64,000 nt of DNA from Aulosira sp. ZfuVER01 (lineage in GTDB: Bacteria > Cyanobacteriota > Cyanobacteriia > Cyanobacteriales > Nostocaceae): the NCBI GenBank assembly GCA_034530615.2, contig JAVRCV020000015.1, positions 1 to 64,000 on the forward strand, read 5' to 3'. The first letter of the stretch is position 1. Each line of letters opens with the position of its first letter. Under the pieces are notes generated by a model that saw nothing but the letters and a program-made list of their open reading frames with translations, ran no database searches and was not told the origin of the DNA. Shown piece by piece: positions 29,877-40,477 of the stretch. A program made the position numbers and the translations under genes.

Positions 29877-32069
29877 ATGGGCAAAGCAATAGGGATTGAT
29901 TTGGGGACGACTAATTCTGTCGCCGCTTTTAAGTTGGCAGAAGTGGAAGTGGTGATAGCTAATGATAATACGCCCCCAGATAGGAAACTAACGCGATCGC
30001 TCGTTGCTTACGAGCAAGGTAAATTTTTGGTAGGAGACCAAGCTTACAACCAGCTACGGGCTGACCCAGAAAATGTAATTGTTTCGATAAAACGCTTGAT
30101 AGGTAGAGGTTTTAGCGATTCATCTGTACAGAAACAAAAGTCAGAATTTGGTTACAAAATTACTCAACCAAGCCAGGGGACAGATAACGGGATCGCGGTT
30201 TGGTTAGGAGGTAAAGAATATCAGCCAGAGGATATTTCTGCAGAAATTCTCAAAAAAGTTGTACAAAATGCCCAAGCTTATCGCCAAGGGATTGGTAAAA
30301 CAGACGAAGTTATAGACCAAGCTGTAATTACCGTCCCTGCTTACTTTAACGACAAACAACGCCAAGCCACCCGCACTGCTGCACTCAAAGCCGGTCTGAC
30401 TCCTTTAGAATTGCTACCCGAACCTACCGCCGCCGCAATATCTTACGGTTTTTCTCCCAAGGGAGACGATTTTAAAACGATTTTAGTCTTTGATTTTGGT
30501 GGTGGGACATTTGATGCTTCATTAATTCAAGCAGCTGGAACTTCATTTATTGAATCAGGGAAAGCTGGCGATTTATGGTTGGGAGGAGATGACATTGACT
30601 CTCGCATTATCAAGTTTGTCAAAGAGCAAGTTTCCCAACAAGAAAACATCGCTGATATTGATAGCTTAATTGCTAACATGCCTCACTATCAACGAGTAAG
30701 ATTTAACGTTGACTTGAAAATAGCAGTAGAACGGGCGAAAGTTGAATTAAGCACTGCTACAGTATCTCAAATTGCGCCTGCTACTCAATTATTAGATGAA
30801 TTAGGAATTGCGATTCCTATTGAAGTGACAATTACCCGCGAGCAATTTGAGGGGATGATTTTTGATTTGGTAGAACGTTCCATTCAAATTTGTCGCCAAG
30901 CTTTAGAATACGCAGAACATCATATAGAAATGGTGGATGTAGTTCTGTTGGTGGGGGGTTCTTCGCAAATTCCCTTAGTACAACGCAAAGTTAAAGAAGC
31001 TTTTGGGGCTAATAAAGTTGTAGTGCATCCCCGCCCGATGTATGCGGTAGCAGAGGGTGCAGCTATTGTTGCGGCTGGACAAACAGATAAAGTCACCACA
31101 GTTTCTCGTGATTACTATATTAAGTTAGTAGATGCTCAGTATAAAGTTATTAATCAGGGAGATATTCTGCCAGTCACCACATCCCATACTTTTAAAACAA
31201 CTGCTGATGGACAGAGGTTGATTCACTTTAAGTTTTTTAGCCCTGATGAGGATGAACATTTTGAAAGTATTGGCGATATGTGGTTGGGATTAAACTATTA
31301 CTATCCACACGGTACAGAAATTCTCGTCAACTTAGAGTTAGATGAAAAAAATAGTGTTTTGGGAATGACCGCTACTTTGAAAAATGACCCTTCAGAAAGA
31401 GTGAGTTGTACCTTTTCAAGAGGGCGGTCTGACGAGAAAATATATCAGGGATTAGAAGAAGCGATCGCAGAACTCAACAACCAAGAGTTAACCGATTTCG
31501 GTGTAGAAGAAGCACTGAAGTTAGCATTACCAGTTGTGCAGTTAAGCAATCAAATTATCGATCCCAAGACCGGAGAAGAACGCATCGATTTACGCGATCG
31601 CGCTGGAATGAATCTACAAAAATTCCGGGTATCCATGTCTAGGGAACGTCTAGAAGCTGAGTTTTTCGTGAGTGAATGCGATCGCATAGTTAAATTCTGT
31701 GGGTTTATGATTCCTCAGCCGCAGCAAGAACGATTGCAAAAGCTGAGTCAAGATTTACAAAATGCCATCAATAGCAACGACTCCTCAAGGATGGAATCTC
31801 TCAATGAAGATGCAGAAAAAGAACTCAACAATCTACCTGATGAAGCCAAGCTGATTCAAGTCAGTATAGCCGCAATCCGCCAAGCTCATTCAGTTGCGCC
31901 TACTCAAGCAAATGCCATGTCTGACAAGCTTTCTCGGATGGTTGGTGCTATGGAAAAGGGTGATACACACGAAGCCGATCGCTTGTGGCGCGAACTACAA
32001 CCAGGTGTGAAGCATTGGCTAAATGAAGAATCAACTGCTAAAAGCATTGTCACAGGACTCACACGATGA
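29877..32069 (+). CDS. Hsp70-family protein (non-canonical DnaK-like)
   Basis: IDLGTTNS, ITVPAYF, EPTAAA, DFGGGTFD, LGGDDID, LVGGSSQIP; lacks the DVLLLD linker; divergent helical C-terminus. Confidence 0.92.
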   Translation: MGKAIGIDLGTTNSVAAFKLAEVEVVIANDNTPPDRKLTRSLVAYEQGKFLVGDQAYNQLRADPENVIVSIKRLIGRGFSDSSVQKQKSEFGYKITQPSQGTDNGIAVWLGGKEYQPEDISAEILKKVVQNAQAYRQGIGKTDEVIDQAVITVPAYFNDKQRQATRTAALKAGLTPLELLPEPTAAAISYGFSPKGDDFKTILVFDFGGGTFDASLIQAAGTSFIESGKAGDLWLGGDDIDSRIIKFVKEQVSQQENIADIDSLIANMPHYQRVRFNVDLKIAVERAKVELSTATVSQIAPATQLLDELGIAIPIEVTITREQFEGMIFDLVERSIQICRQALEYAEHHIEMVDVVLLVGGSSQIPLVQRKVKEAFGANKVVVHPRPMYAVAEGAAIVAAGQTDKVTTVSRDYYIKLVDAQYKVINQGDILPVTTSHTFKTTADGQRLIHFKFFSPDEDEHFESIGDMWLGLNYYYPHGTEILVNLELDEKNSVLGMTATLKNDPSERVSCTFSRGRSDEKIYQGLEEAIAELNNQELTDFGVEEALKLALPVVQLSNQIIDPKTGEERIDLRDRAGMNLQKFRVSMSRERLEAEFFVSECDRIVKFCGFMIPQPQQERLQKLSQDLQNAINSNDSSRMESLNEDAEKELNNLPDEAKLIQVSIAAIRQAHSVAPTQANAMSDKLSRMVGAMEKGDTHEADRLWRELQPGVKHWLNEESTAKSIVTGLTR

Positions 32070-32578
32070 ATATCAAACTGAACTGTCCTGTGTGCGGTTA
32101 TCAAGAAGTTGCAGGTAAAACTTGCCCTAACTGCGATACCGACTTGTCTGTGATTCGGATGCTCCAAGAATTACCCTCTGTAGAAACCCTCGTACAACCA
32201 GTAAAGGTTGCGACTTGGCCAATAGGGATTGCCTTGTTGATGCTAATGATTGGTGTCTGTTTGGGAGCCGGAAGCAGCTTTATCTTCCAACAAACACAGT
32301 TACATACATTAACTGTCTCTGCTCCCCATCCAGTTGCAGCTACTAGCCTTCTTCCAAAACCACCAAATACTCCTGTGGTAGTGAAAAAACCCCCAAAACC
32401 AACTACTTATACTGTCCAATCTGGAGATTATCTCAGTGCGATCGCAGAAAAATTTTGTGGTACAGGAACCTCTTGGGATGTGATGGTTAAAGCTAATCCC
32501 CAACTCAAAGGAAGAGAGAATCATATAGATGTTGGGGAAGTGTTTAAAATTCCCAACTGCAAGGAGCAACCTGGATGA
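32066..32578 (+). CDS. Zinc-ribbon + TM + LysM domain protein
   Basis: CPVC...CPNC, hydrophobic helix, Pro-rich linker, YTVQSGDYLSAIA...ANP...IDVGEVFKIP. Confidence 0.88.
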   Translation: MNIKLNCPVCGYQEVAGKTCPNCDTDLSVIRMLQELPSVETLVQPVKVATWPIGIALLMLMIGVCLGAGSSFIFQQTQLHTLTVSAPHPVAATSLLPKPPNTPVVVKKPPKPTTYTVQSGDYLSAIAEKFCGTGTSWDVMVKANPQLKGRENHIDVGEVFKIPNCKEQPG

Positions 32579-35307
32579 GCATCCTTGATAGTTTCAACAC
32601 TCTCAGTAAGATTTTGTTGGGTGTGGGGATAGTTGATGTCTACAAGCAAGCACCACAAACCAAAGAAGCCCAGCAAAAAGCCGAAAAATTAGCTCAAACC
32701 AAGCATCTACGGGAAGCAGTCAACATTGCTGAAAAGGCTCTCGCTGTTTGGTATAAGAAACCAGGTTTTTGGGAACGTTTGATTCGTCAATTGTTATTGG
32801 GTAATTTATTAGGCAACTTTACCCAGCAATTACACCAATGGCGCAGGCAAGTTTTAGAAGCAGACAAACTGGCTGTTAAAGCTAAAAACCTGCTCAAACA
32901 GGATAATGGCGATCCTTTAGAAACCCAAGCAATTGTAAATGCGATCGCTCTTTATCAAAGCTGTACTCAAATTCTCCATGATGAGCGCATATCGCGAGCA
33001 ATTAACAAGTGTCAACGAGAACTACAAAGGCGGCAACAGTTTCAGATACTAGTAAAAAAAGCACAATCACACGCCGAAAATAGATTCTTTCAAAATGCGA
33101 TCGCAGTTTACCGTGAAGCCGAAGAACTATACTCTACTGAAGCTTTACAACAGGCGATTAACGCTGCTAAATCCCAAGTAGAAACAGAAAAAATCTATTA
33201 CGCTGCTTTCCAAAGAGCGCAACAAGCTCAAAATCAAGGAAAATTACAGAGAGCGATCGCAATTTTAGAAGCTGCTGTGGCTAATTTTCCGCGCTCAGAT
33301 GGACTCGAATTGCTCCAAGAAATACAACTCACAATCAAAGGTAGAGAACAGTTTCGTCAAGGGTTAGCAGCAGAGAAAGCGGGTAATTTTCCAGCATCTG
33401 TATCTTTGTATGAAAATGCTAAATTGCTCTTACCAAACCCAACAGACTGCCAAATCAGGTTAGGAATCGTTGCCATTAAGACTGAGAATTGGGCGATCGC
33501 ATTATCTCATCTCATGAGCTTACCTGGAGAACAAGCTGCTTATCTACGGGGATTTGCCTATGCTAAACAAGAGAATTTACAGCAAGCTCATCGAGAGTGG
33601 CAAGGTCTATCTACTACTGCTTTGATTACCGAACAACGGCAAATTCTTAATAGTCTTGCCCAACGAAAACGTCTTTTATTAATACAGAATATTGAACAAT
33701 TTGTCAATACTGAAAATCTAGATCGCGCTCAAAATGCGAGTCAAGAATTTATCCAAAAGTTCGGTTTAGATCCTTTAGTAGAGGCAAATCTTAAAGAACA
33801 TATTCAGCCATGTATAGCAGTCGAATTATGGCAAAGTGGAGATTGGAAGATTATTACTAATGAACTCGAAAGAATCTGGATTTCGCAGCCTAACATTACC
33901 ACATTACATAATTGGACAGTAGCGACTTATTACTGTTTCCAAAGTGATTTCTCTAACCTCTCTTATTTAATAATTTCCTTATCAACAGCACTAGCAAATT
34001 TAACTAAAGACCCAACCCTCAAAGATGTGCCTTGGTTAGGAAATCAACCGATTGATTTCACATCAATATCTTTAGAATTGAAACGTCGCTTAGAAGCTGC
34101 AATTGATACTTACAAAGATACCGATATTCAAAAATATTTGAATTTTCGAGATCAATATCGCTTGGAATTAGTCGCCCTAAAACTTATGGGTGAGCCGTCC
34201 CAGCAAGGTATGAAAGTAAATGATGTATTTATCACACCAGGCTGTTATCACCATTACATTTCTCTGTGGCGACACATCGTAGTTCATAGTATAGATTCTA
34301 GCCAGCAAATTCTCCGTTCCCTTTACACTTCTTGGGGATTAGCTGTAGCTGCTTGTTTAGAAGGAGATGCTCAAAGAGCAATTCAACTTAAACCTGCAAC
34401 CCAAACTACTAATACTATCGAAATATTTGCCCAAAAATTTGTTGCTTATCATGAAGGCTGCTATCATCTCAATCACAAAAAATGGCGCAATGCAATTACC
34501 TCACTCAAAGAAGCAAAGTCAGAAATTCAAGCTAATAAAGATTGGCAACAAGAAATAGACAGACTTTGTGGATTGCAGCGTCAAGCTATCTCAGAAATTC
34601 CTGAACATTTAGAATTTGCTCAATTTTGGTATGACATCTTAGCTAGTCAACCTGCTAGAAGTTATTTAGCTGAATACAAAGCCGAAAATATTCGCGAGCA
34701 AGTTGCTGATGAAAAGATTACCTTAGATAAAGCTTTAAAAGAACTCCAAGAAATCAAAAAAATTGATGCCCAAAATCCTATCGTACTTGACTTAATTCAA
34801 AGGATTGAATTCCAGCAAGAAATCGAAGCGATCGAGAAATTACTCAAGAGTAACAAATTTGAAGAAGCAGTCAAGCTTGCTAAAAAATCTCACAATCAAC
34901 GGATACGTAATGTTGTAGCCGATATTTGCCTAGATATATTAGCCAAAGGTTTTCAAAACCGGGATTTAGGCTTTGAAGATATTTACAATTTAGGAAAATG
35001 GGCTTACGAACTCTCTCCTGATGCGGAAAATGTTCAAGAAATTTATAAATTTAGTCAAGAACTAAAAGAAATACACGATTTGATGAAATGCGATCGCTTT
35101 GATGAAGCAATTCGTCGCGCCAAATATTCACAACACGAATCAATTCGCCACTATGTTGCGCAGTTCTTTATTATGACCTTAGTTAAAGGTCTTGAAGATA
35201 GAGATTTATCTTTTGAGCTAGTTCAACAATTAGGTCGCTGGGCTTACGAAATTTGTCCCGATGAACCTGCTTTTCAAACAATTTATCACAGCCTGAATAT
35301 TCATTGA
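32575..35307 (+). CDS. Large all-alpha TPR-like protein
   Basis: 910 aa of TPR-like helical pairs; 80-aa tandem duplication at the C-terminus; ATGA overlap with the upstream gene. Confidence 0.8.
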   Translation: MSILDSFNTLSKILLGVGIVDVYKQAPQTKEAQQKAEKLAQTKHLREAVNIAEKALAVWYKKPGFWERLIRQLLLGNLLGNFTQQLHQWRRQVLEADKLAVKAKNLLKQDNGDPLETQAIVNAIALYQSCTQILHDERISRAINKCQRELQRRQQFQILVKKAQSHAENRFFQNAIAVYREAEELYSTEALQQAINAAKSQVETEKIYYAAFQRAQQAQNQGKLQRAIAILEAAVANFPRSDGLELLQEIQLTIKGREQFRQGLAAEKAGNFPASVSLYENAKLLLPNPTDCQIRLGIVAIKTENWAIALSHLMSLPGEQAAYLRGFAYAKQENLQQAHREWQGLSTTALITEQRQILNSLAQRKRLLLIQNIEQFVNTENLDRAQNASQEFIQKFGLDPLVEANLKEHIQPCIAVELWQSGDWKIITNELERIWISQPNITTLHNWTVATYYCFQSDFSNLSYLIISLSTALANLTKDPTLKDVPWLGNQPIDFTSISLELKRRLEAAIDTYKDTDIQKYLNFRDQYRLELVALKLMGEPSQQGMKVNDVFITPGCYHHYISLWRHIVVHSIDSSQQILRSLYTSWGLAVAACLEGDAQRAIQLKPATQTTNTIEIFAQKFVAYHEGCYHLNHKKWRNAITSLKEAKSEIQANKDWQQEIDRLCGLQRQAISEIPEHLEFAQFWYDILASQPARSYLAEYKAENIREQVADEKITLDKALKELQEIKKIDAQNPIVLDLIQRIEFQQEIEAIEKLLKSNKFEEAVKLAKKSHNQRIRNVVADICLDILAKGFQNRDLGFEDIYNLGKWAYELSPDAENVQEIYKFSQELKEIHDLMKCDRFDEAIRRAKYSQHESIRHYVAQFFIMTLVKGLEDRDLSFELVQQLGRWAYEICPDEPAFQTIYHSLNIH

Positions 35308-35320
35308 TCAAAGGTGCATT

Positions 35321-35935
35321 ATGGAACATAATCCTTATGACATTTTAGGTATATCCCCAGCAGCATCTAAAGCTGAAATTACTAAAGCTGTAGCCACCGC
35401 AATGAAGCGTAAGCAATATCCCGTAGATATCATTGCTAAAGCCCAAAAAAGCTTAATGAAGCCAGAAGAACGCATCATAGCCGACTATTTGCGTCCGATA
35501 TTAGCCATTATTAAACGCTTCAAATATAGCGATCTATCGGCTTTGGAGCAACCAGTACCAGAACTCGTCTTACTACCAGAATTCGATCGATTAGAGCAAG
35601 CGATCGCTCAAGCTATCCAACAAGAGCGTGTAGAACGTGAGCCGTTAGCCATGAGCTTATCAGAATTAGTGACTGAAGGCATTACAGCTTGCAAAGAAGG
35701 TCGTTACCCCAAAGCCATCAAATATCTCGAAGATTACTGTCAAGGCTGTACAGACCGCAACACCAAAGATTACATTCAAGCCCAAATGTGGCTAATTCAA
35801 GCCTATCAGCTAGGTGGACAGTTACAAAGAGCGATCGCTCTTTGTCAGCTTTTAAGCAACCACACCCATCCTCAAGTACGAACTTGGGTAACGAAAACTT
35901 TATCTATGCTCTCTAAAGAGGTTTCTCATGTCTGA
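35321..35935 (+). CDS. J-domain-like protein lacking HPD, with C-terminal TPR
   Basis: NPYDILGIS..ASKAEITKA is J-domain helix I/II; HPD replaced by QYP; TPR-like C-terminal half. Confidence 0.75.
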   Translation: MEHNPYDILGISPAASKAEITKAVATAMKRKQYPVDIIAKAQKSLMKPEERIIADYLRPILAIIKRFKYSDLSALEQPVPELVLLPEFDRLEQAIAQAIQQERVEREPLAMSLSELVTEGITACKEGRYPKAIKYLEDYCQGCTDRNTKDYIQAQMWLIQAYQLGGQLQRAIALCQLLSNHTHPQVRTWVTKTLSMLSKEVSHV

Positions 35936-36395
35936 TTCTATTCTGAGCCAAGAGAACCGCGACTTGCTCATCCGAGAATTTAGTAACCTCCAAAAACAAA
36001 ACGTTTCACTCCAACAGACCTTGCGAGAACAGCAAACCCAAACAGCAGCAGATACTGAAGATTTATTCTTGGAACTTTTGGAAGTTGCTGATGCATTAGA
36101 AACTTTGCTGGAATATTTAGAAAAAAATCCGGAACTCAACCAAGAATTTATCCAACGCTTACCCAGATCTGTAGGAGCAGTTCAGCGTAAGTTTCTCAGT
36201 ATACTAAGAAAACGCCAAGTTTTACCTATAGAACTACAAGATACTCAACCAGATTTCAACTTGTGTCGTGTAGTCGATCGAGAAGTCCGAACTGATATAG
36301 AAGACCAAACAATTACTAAAATCGTGCGTCAGGGGTTTCGTTTGAGAGAAAAGATTCTCCGCCCCACAGAGGTAATTACATCTAAATTAGATTAA
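35928..36395 (+). CDS. GrpE-like nucleotide exchange factor
   Basis: LLEVADALE coiled coil and IVRQGFRLREKILRPTEV beta domain typical of GrpE. Confidence 0.85.
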   Translation: MSDSILSQENRDLLIREFSNLQKQNVSLQQTLREQQTQTAADTEDLFLELLEVADALETLLEYLEKNPELNQEFIQRLPRSVGAVQRKFLSILRKRQVLPIELQDTQPDFNLCRVVDREVRTDIEDQTITKIVRQGFRLREKILRPTEVITSKLD

Positions 36396-36591
36396 CTAGC
36401 GATCGCTTAATTTTTCATGACAATATCAAACACTTGCTAAATCATCCAAAACTTCCCTAGGAAACTTTTCTCAATTTTATCGGGTTGAAATAATCGCTTA
36501 TAAACAAGCGATCGCTGAACTAATTATTGACCATTCTTGGCTTAAAAAATAACAGCCTTCACTCAAGAGCCTTCTAGTATTTGTCATCCAG

Positions 36592-36654
36592 CATAACCTT
36601 CTAATATCCGAAAATTAAGTTGATATTAACTCTTCCTTTATACAAAATTAATAT
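36592..36654 (+). promoter_or_regulatory. Candidate SphR/Pho box array
   Basis: 8-bp units on an 11-bp period (CATAACCT..ATTAAGTT-ATTAACTC-CTTTATAC-ATTAATAT) resembling PyTTAAPyPy(T/A), upstream of phoD. Confidence 0.6.
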
Positions 36655-36835
36655 CTTCTGAGTATTTTTTGGGCATCAAAGCAATCAGTGACACATTTTA
36701 GTTAAAAGAAATCTGGTCGTAAAAACCTGATTTAGAAAGGGTCTTCTTCATAGGTTTTACCTATAATTACTCTATTTTTTGGTGTCATATATTTCTCTGC
36801 TTTGATTCACCCATATAGTCAGGGATAAAGAAAGG

Positions 36836-38431
36836 ATGTTCAATTACGAGAATTTTGAGCGGTTGCTGCACTATCCTATCAAGCGACGCAACCTCATCAT
36901 TGGGGCAGGAGCATTTACTGGTTTAGCGATCGCTAGCCAATTTTCTCATCAACGCGCGATCGCCACAGGCAGATTTTCTGACTATCCTTTTAAGCTGGGT
37001 GTGGCGTCAGGCGATCCTTATGACACCAGTGTAGTTATATGGACTCGTCTAGCACCCGAACCTCTAAATGGAGGTGGTATGCCACCTGTGAATGTGCCAA
37101 TTCGCTGGGAAGTAGCAACCGACCCCAAAATGAAGCGGATTTTGTCCAGAGGTACAGAACTGGCAACACCAGAACTAGCTCATTCAGTTCGGGTTGTAGT
37201 TGAAGGACTCTCACCTGATACATGGTATTGGTATCGGTTTATTGTCGGCAATGAAGCTAGCCCAATTGGCCGGACTCGTACTACTCCAGCATTAGGTAGC
37301 TACTCCAATAAATTGAAATTTGCACTAGCAAACTGCCAGAACTATCAGCAGGGATACTATACTGCCTACAAATACATGGCTCAGGATGATCTGGACTTGG
37401 TAGTCCATGTTGGTGATTACATCTATGAGGGAGGAATCAGTCCTATCAGTGCTACTATTCCCAGACAGCATAATAGTTCAGAAATTTTCACATTAGAAGA
37501 TTACCGCAACCGTCACGCCCTCTACAAAAGTGATGTGAATCTCCAAGCTGCTCATGCAGCCTTTCCTTGGATTCTTACCTGGGATGACCATGAGGTAGAA
37601 AATAACTATGCCAACTTCATCTCAGAAGTAGATAATGAACCCGATCAAGATCCAGCAGTTTTTCTCAAACGGCGAGCAATTGCTTATCAGGTTTACTACG
37701 AACATATGCCATTGCGTCCCTTCTCGCGACCAGTAGGCCCTGATATGCAACTTTACCGTCGATTGAACTACGGTAATCTGGCGACATTTCATGTCTTAGA
37801 TACCCGTCAATACCGTACCGATCAACCCTGTGGCGATGGTACTAAAGAGCGTTGCCCAGCAAATCTTGACCCACAAGCAACTATTACTGGCAAAGCTCAA
37901 GAGGATTGGTTATACGACGGTTTAGATAAATCAGCTGCTAAATGGAATGTTCTGGCTCAACAGGTGATAGTTGCTCAAATCGACAGAACAGCAGGACAAG
38001 GCACTACTTACAGTATGGATAAGTGGGATGGGTATGTGGCTTCCCGCGATCGCCTGATGCGTTTCTTGGAACAGCGCAAACCATCTAATCCTGTAGTTTT
38101 AACAGGTGATGTCCATAATAATTGGGCAATGGATTTAAAAGCTAACTTTAACGATCCAAACTCCGCTACAGTTGGCAGTGAATTCGTTGGTACTTCAATT
38201 AGCTCTGGTGGAGATGGATCGGACACTATCCCCAGCTATATTAACAGCACCGATAACCCACACATTAAGTTCTATAACAATCGTCGCGGCTATCTCCGTT
38301 GTTCTGTCACTCCCACCACCTGGAGGACAGACTATTTGGTAGTATCAAACGTCACAACTCCAGATGGTACGATTAGTAACCCGGCCTCATTCGTAGTTGA
38401 AAACGGTCGTCCGGGAGTACAACGCATCTAA
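36836..38431 (+). CDS. phoD: Alkaline phosphatase D (Tat-exported)
   Basis: KRRNLI Tat signal, GVASGDP, GDYIYE, WDDHEVENN, LDTRQYR, DKWDGY, LTGDVH. Confidence 0.95.
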   Translation: MFNYENFERLLHYPIKRRNLIIGAGAFTGLAIASQFSHQRAIATGRFSDYPFKLGVASGDPYDTSVVIWTRLAPEPLNGGGMPPVNVPIRWEVATDPKMKRILSRGTELATPELAHSVRVVVEGLSPDTWYWYRFIVGNEASPIGRTRTTPALGSYSNKLKFALANCQNYQQGYYTAYKYMAQDDLDLVVHVGDYIYEGGISPISATIPRQHNSSEIFTLEDYRNRHALYKSDVNLQAAHAAFPWILTWDDHEVENNYANFISEVDNEPDQDPAVFLKRRAIAYQVYYEHMPLRPFSRPVGPDMQLYRRLNYGNLATFHVLDTRQYRTDQPCGDGTKERCPANLDPQATITGKAQEDWLYDGLDKSAAKWNVLAQQVIVAQIDRTAGQGTTYSMDKWDGYVASRDRLMRFLEQRKPSNPVVLTGDVHNNWAMDLKANFNDPNSATVGSEFVGTSISSGGDGSDTIPSYINSTDNPHIKFYNNRRGYLRCSVTPTTWRTDYLVVSNVTTPDGTISNPASFVVENGRPGVQRI

Positions 38432-39032
38432 GCAACTGCTTGGATTTTGGATTGTAGAGACTTTCTATGCAATGTTTCTGCAATCCAATAGGTTGCTGTG
38501 AGTATATCAAATTCAAATATAGTAACCAACTAAGTATTTCTGCAACACTTACCCAGATCGGTAGCAGCAGTTCATTGTAAGTTTCTGATTATACTAACTA
38601 ATTACAAAATTAATATTAGGTAGTGGCATCAAAATCAAGAAATATTAACAGGCGATCGCTTAATCTTTCGTTACAATCTTGAGGCGATCGCTGCTTAATT
38701 GTTTACAATTCTTGACTTAAAAAATAGTTTTTTAGAATATATATTTTTTTTAGGTCTATTTTAGATTTCAGCTTCTATCCAGAGATTTATTTACAATACT
38801 TTACTTGTTTACCTCCTGGTTAAGTTTATTGTATTTTGATTTAACCAGGCTCAATCGGCTGTTAGTCTTGTAATTAAGTTGAGCATTGTTTGAATGTATT
38901 TATATATGATTTGCAAATGCTTGATAAAGCTTTATTTAAGTGAAGAATCATCCTTAAGTTTATAGCATCGAATTTACTAAGTATTTAGATTCATAGAACT
39001 ACACAAATTCAACAAGTTACACTAGCAACCCG

Positions 39033-39356
39033 ATGATGAATCATTACGCTATCGAATGGATTGAGGCATGGTGCCTAGAAAATGGCTGGACAGATTTATT
39101 TGTCGAACGGCGCAATAATTACTGGGCTTTTCCTCCAGGCGGTGTAATGCCTGAACCAATTCCGTCTCATGTGCTGAGATTGATTAAAGCTGAAAATGGA
39201 CTAACTGTTGAAGAAAGATTCTGGTCTACATCAGCAATAATTGGCACAATTGTAGCTGTCTTATCTACGGTTTTCTTTAAGTGCCCTATGCCATTAGTTA
39301 TAGCTTTTGCTTTTAATGCGATTACAGTGGCACAATTTGAACTTGAAGATGCCTAA
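39033..39356 (+). CDS. Conserved cyanobacterial small membrane protein
   Basis: WIEAWCLENGWTDLF...YWAFPPGGVMPEPIP followed by a C-terminal hydrophobic hairpin. Confidence 0.8.
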   Translation: MMNHYAIEWIEAWCLENGWTDLFVERRNNYWAFPPGGVMPEPIPSHVLRLIKAENGLTVEERFWSTSAIIGTIVAVLSTVFFKCPMPLVIAFAFNAITVAQFELEDA

Positions 39357-39396
39357 ATTTTTACCTTGGGTATCACTAATCATCAACCATAATAAT

Positions 39397-39438
39397 TTAA
39401 AACAGCTCTTGCCGATATTTTGGCAAGAGCTGTTTTAA
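39397..39438 (+). terminator. Rho-independent terminator
   Basis: 17-bp stem TTAAAACAGCTCTTGCC/GGCAAGAGCTGTTTTAA. Confidence 0.75.
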
Positions 39439-39519
39439 TGAATTCGTAATTGATAATTAGTTAAACTACTTTTTGTTATCTATATACAGTTTATTTGGCA
39501 GAAGCGTTTGATAGCAATT

Positions 39520-40382
39520 GCACTTTAAAATAGACAGTCAGTAAACAGAAGTCAGGCGATCGTATCTTGCTCACTGGCAAGTAAGGTTTTCAACTTGGCG
39601 ATCGCTTCCCAATTCCAAAATCCCGCCAACAGCAATCGCCGATACATTTGAGACCAATCGAAAAACCTGTCCAATCTGAGTACAATTTGATTAGACACAG
39701 GCAAGCGTGACCTTCCATGACTCCAGCCACAGATATTCGTAGAAGAGCGATCGCACTCATTGACCAGTTATCTCCAGAGCAGCGATCAACCTGAAAAAAC
39801 AGAATCACAAGCAGGCAACAAAAAAGCGATCGCTCTCAATAACTGATGAAAAAAGCGATCGCCTACGGTACGCTGCGCGAACGCCTCCTAACAGATAAAA
39901 AAGTGCGATCGCCTTTCAGCATATCTGAAGAAAGAGCGATCGCACTTTAACAAAGACAATCAGTAACTAGAAGTCAGGCGATCGCGTCTTGCTCACTAGC
40001 TGGTAAGGTTTTCAACAGATGTGATCGCACTCTCTGCTATCGGCGGAACGGGTGTTGATTAGATTATGCTACAGGACGAGCGATGTCTGGCGACAAGAAG
40101 CAGAGCTTCTATGCACTGGAGGGGTAATTGAATTGCAAGGCGATGCAACTCAATTGCAGGGCGATGCAGTAGATTTTTTGCCCCTGCTGCACGCGATCGC
40201 CCTACTTCCAAAAATAGTTGAGCGCATTCTGCCTTTACCAGTATTGTTAAATACTTGAGGCGATCGCCCAGGACGAGAAATGATGCGCTTGATGGCGATC
40301 GCTTGACTGCAAAAGATGGCGAATGAAGGGGTGATCGCACTTAAGACAGACAGCTAGTAAACAGAAGTCAGGCGATTGCTCA
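39520..40382. repeat. HIP1-dense nest of direct repeats
   Basis: 75-bp unit at 39520-39594 and 39942-40016 with a partial copy at 40337-40382; 39635-39778 matches 42526-42669; ten GCGATCGC sites within ~700 bp. Confidence 0.85.
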
Positions 40383-40477
40383 TGAATAGTTTGATTGCAA
40401 GTGCTGGCTGAAGCACTGATTGGCATTTTAAACAACAAGCATGGCATTGATATGAGAAAAAAAGAATCACTTCATTA

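Noticed and set aside
29877..32069. Calling this the housekeeping dnaK
   Set aside because: It lacks the conserved linker and typical substrate-binding-domain motifs, and its operon partners are atypical
39590..40447. Several short ORFs in the HIP1-rich region
   Set aside because: Dominated by HIP1-derived AIA/RSP/DR peptides, with no recognisable domain
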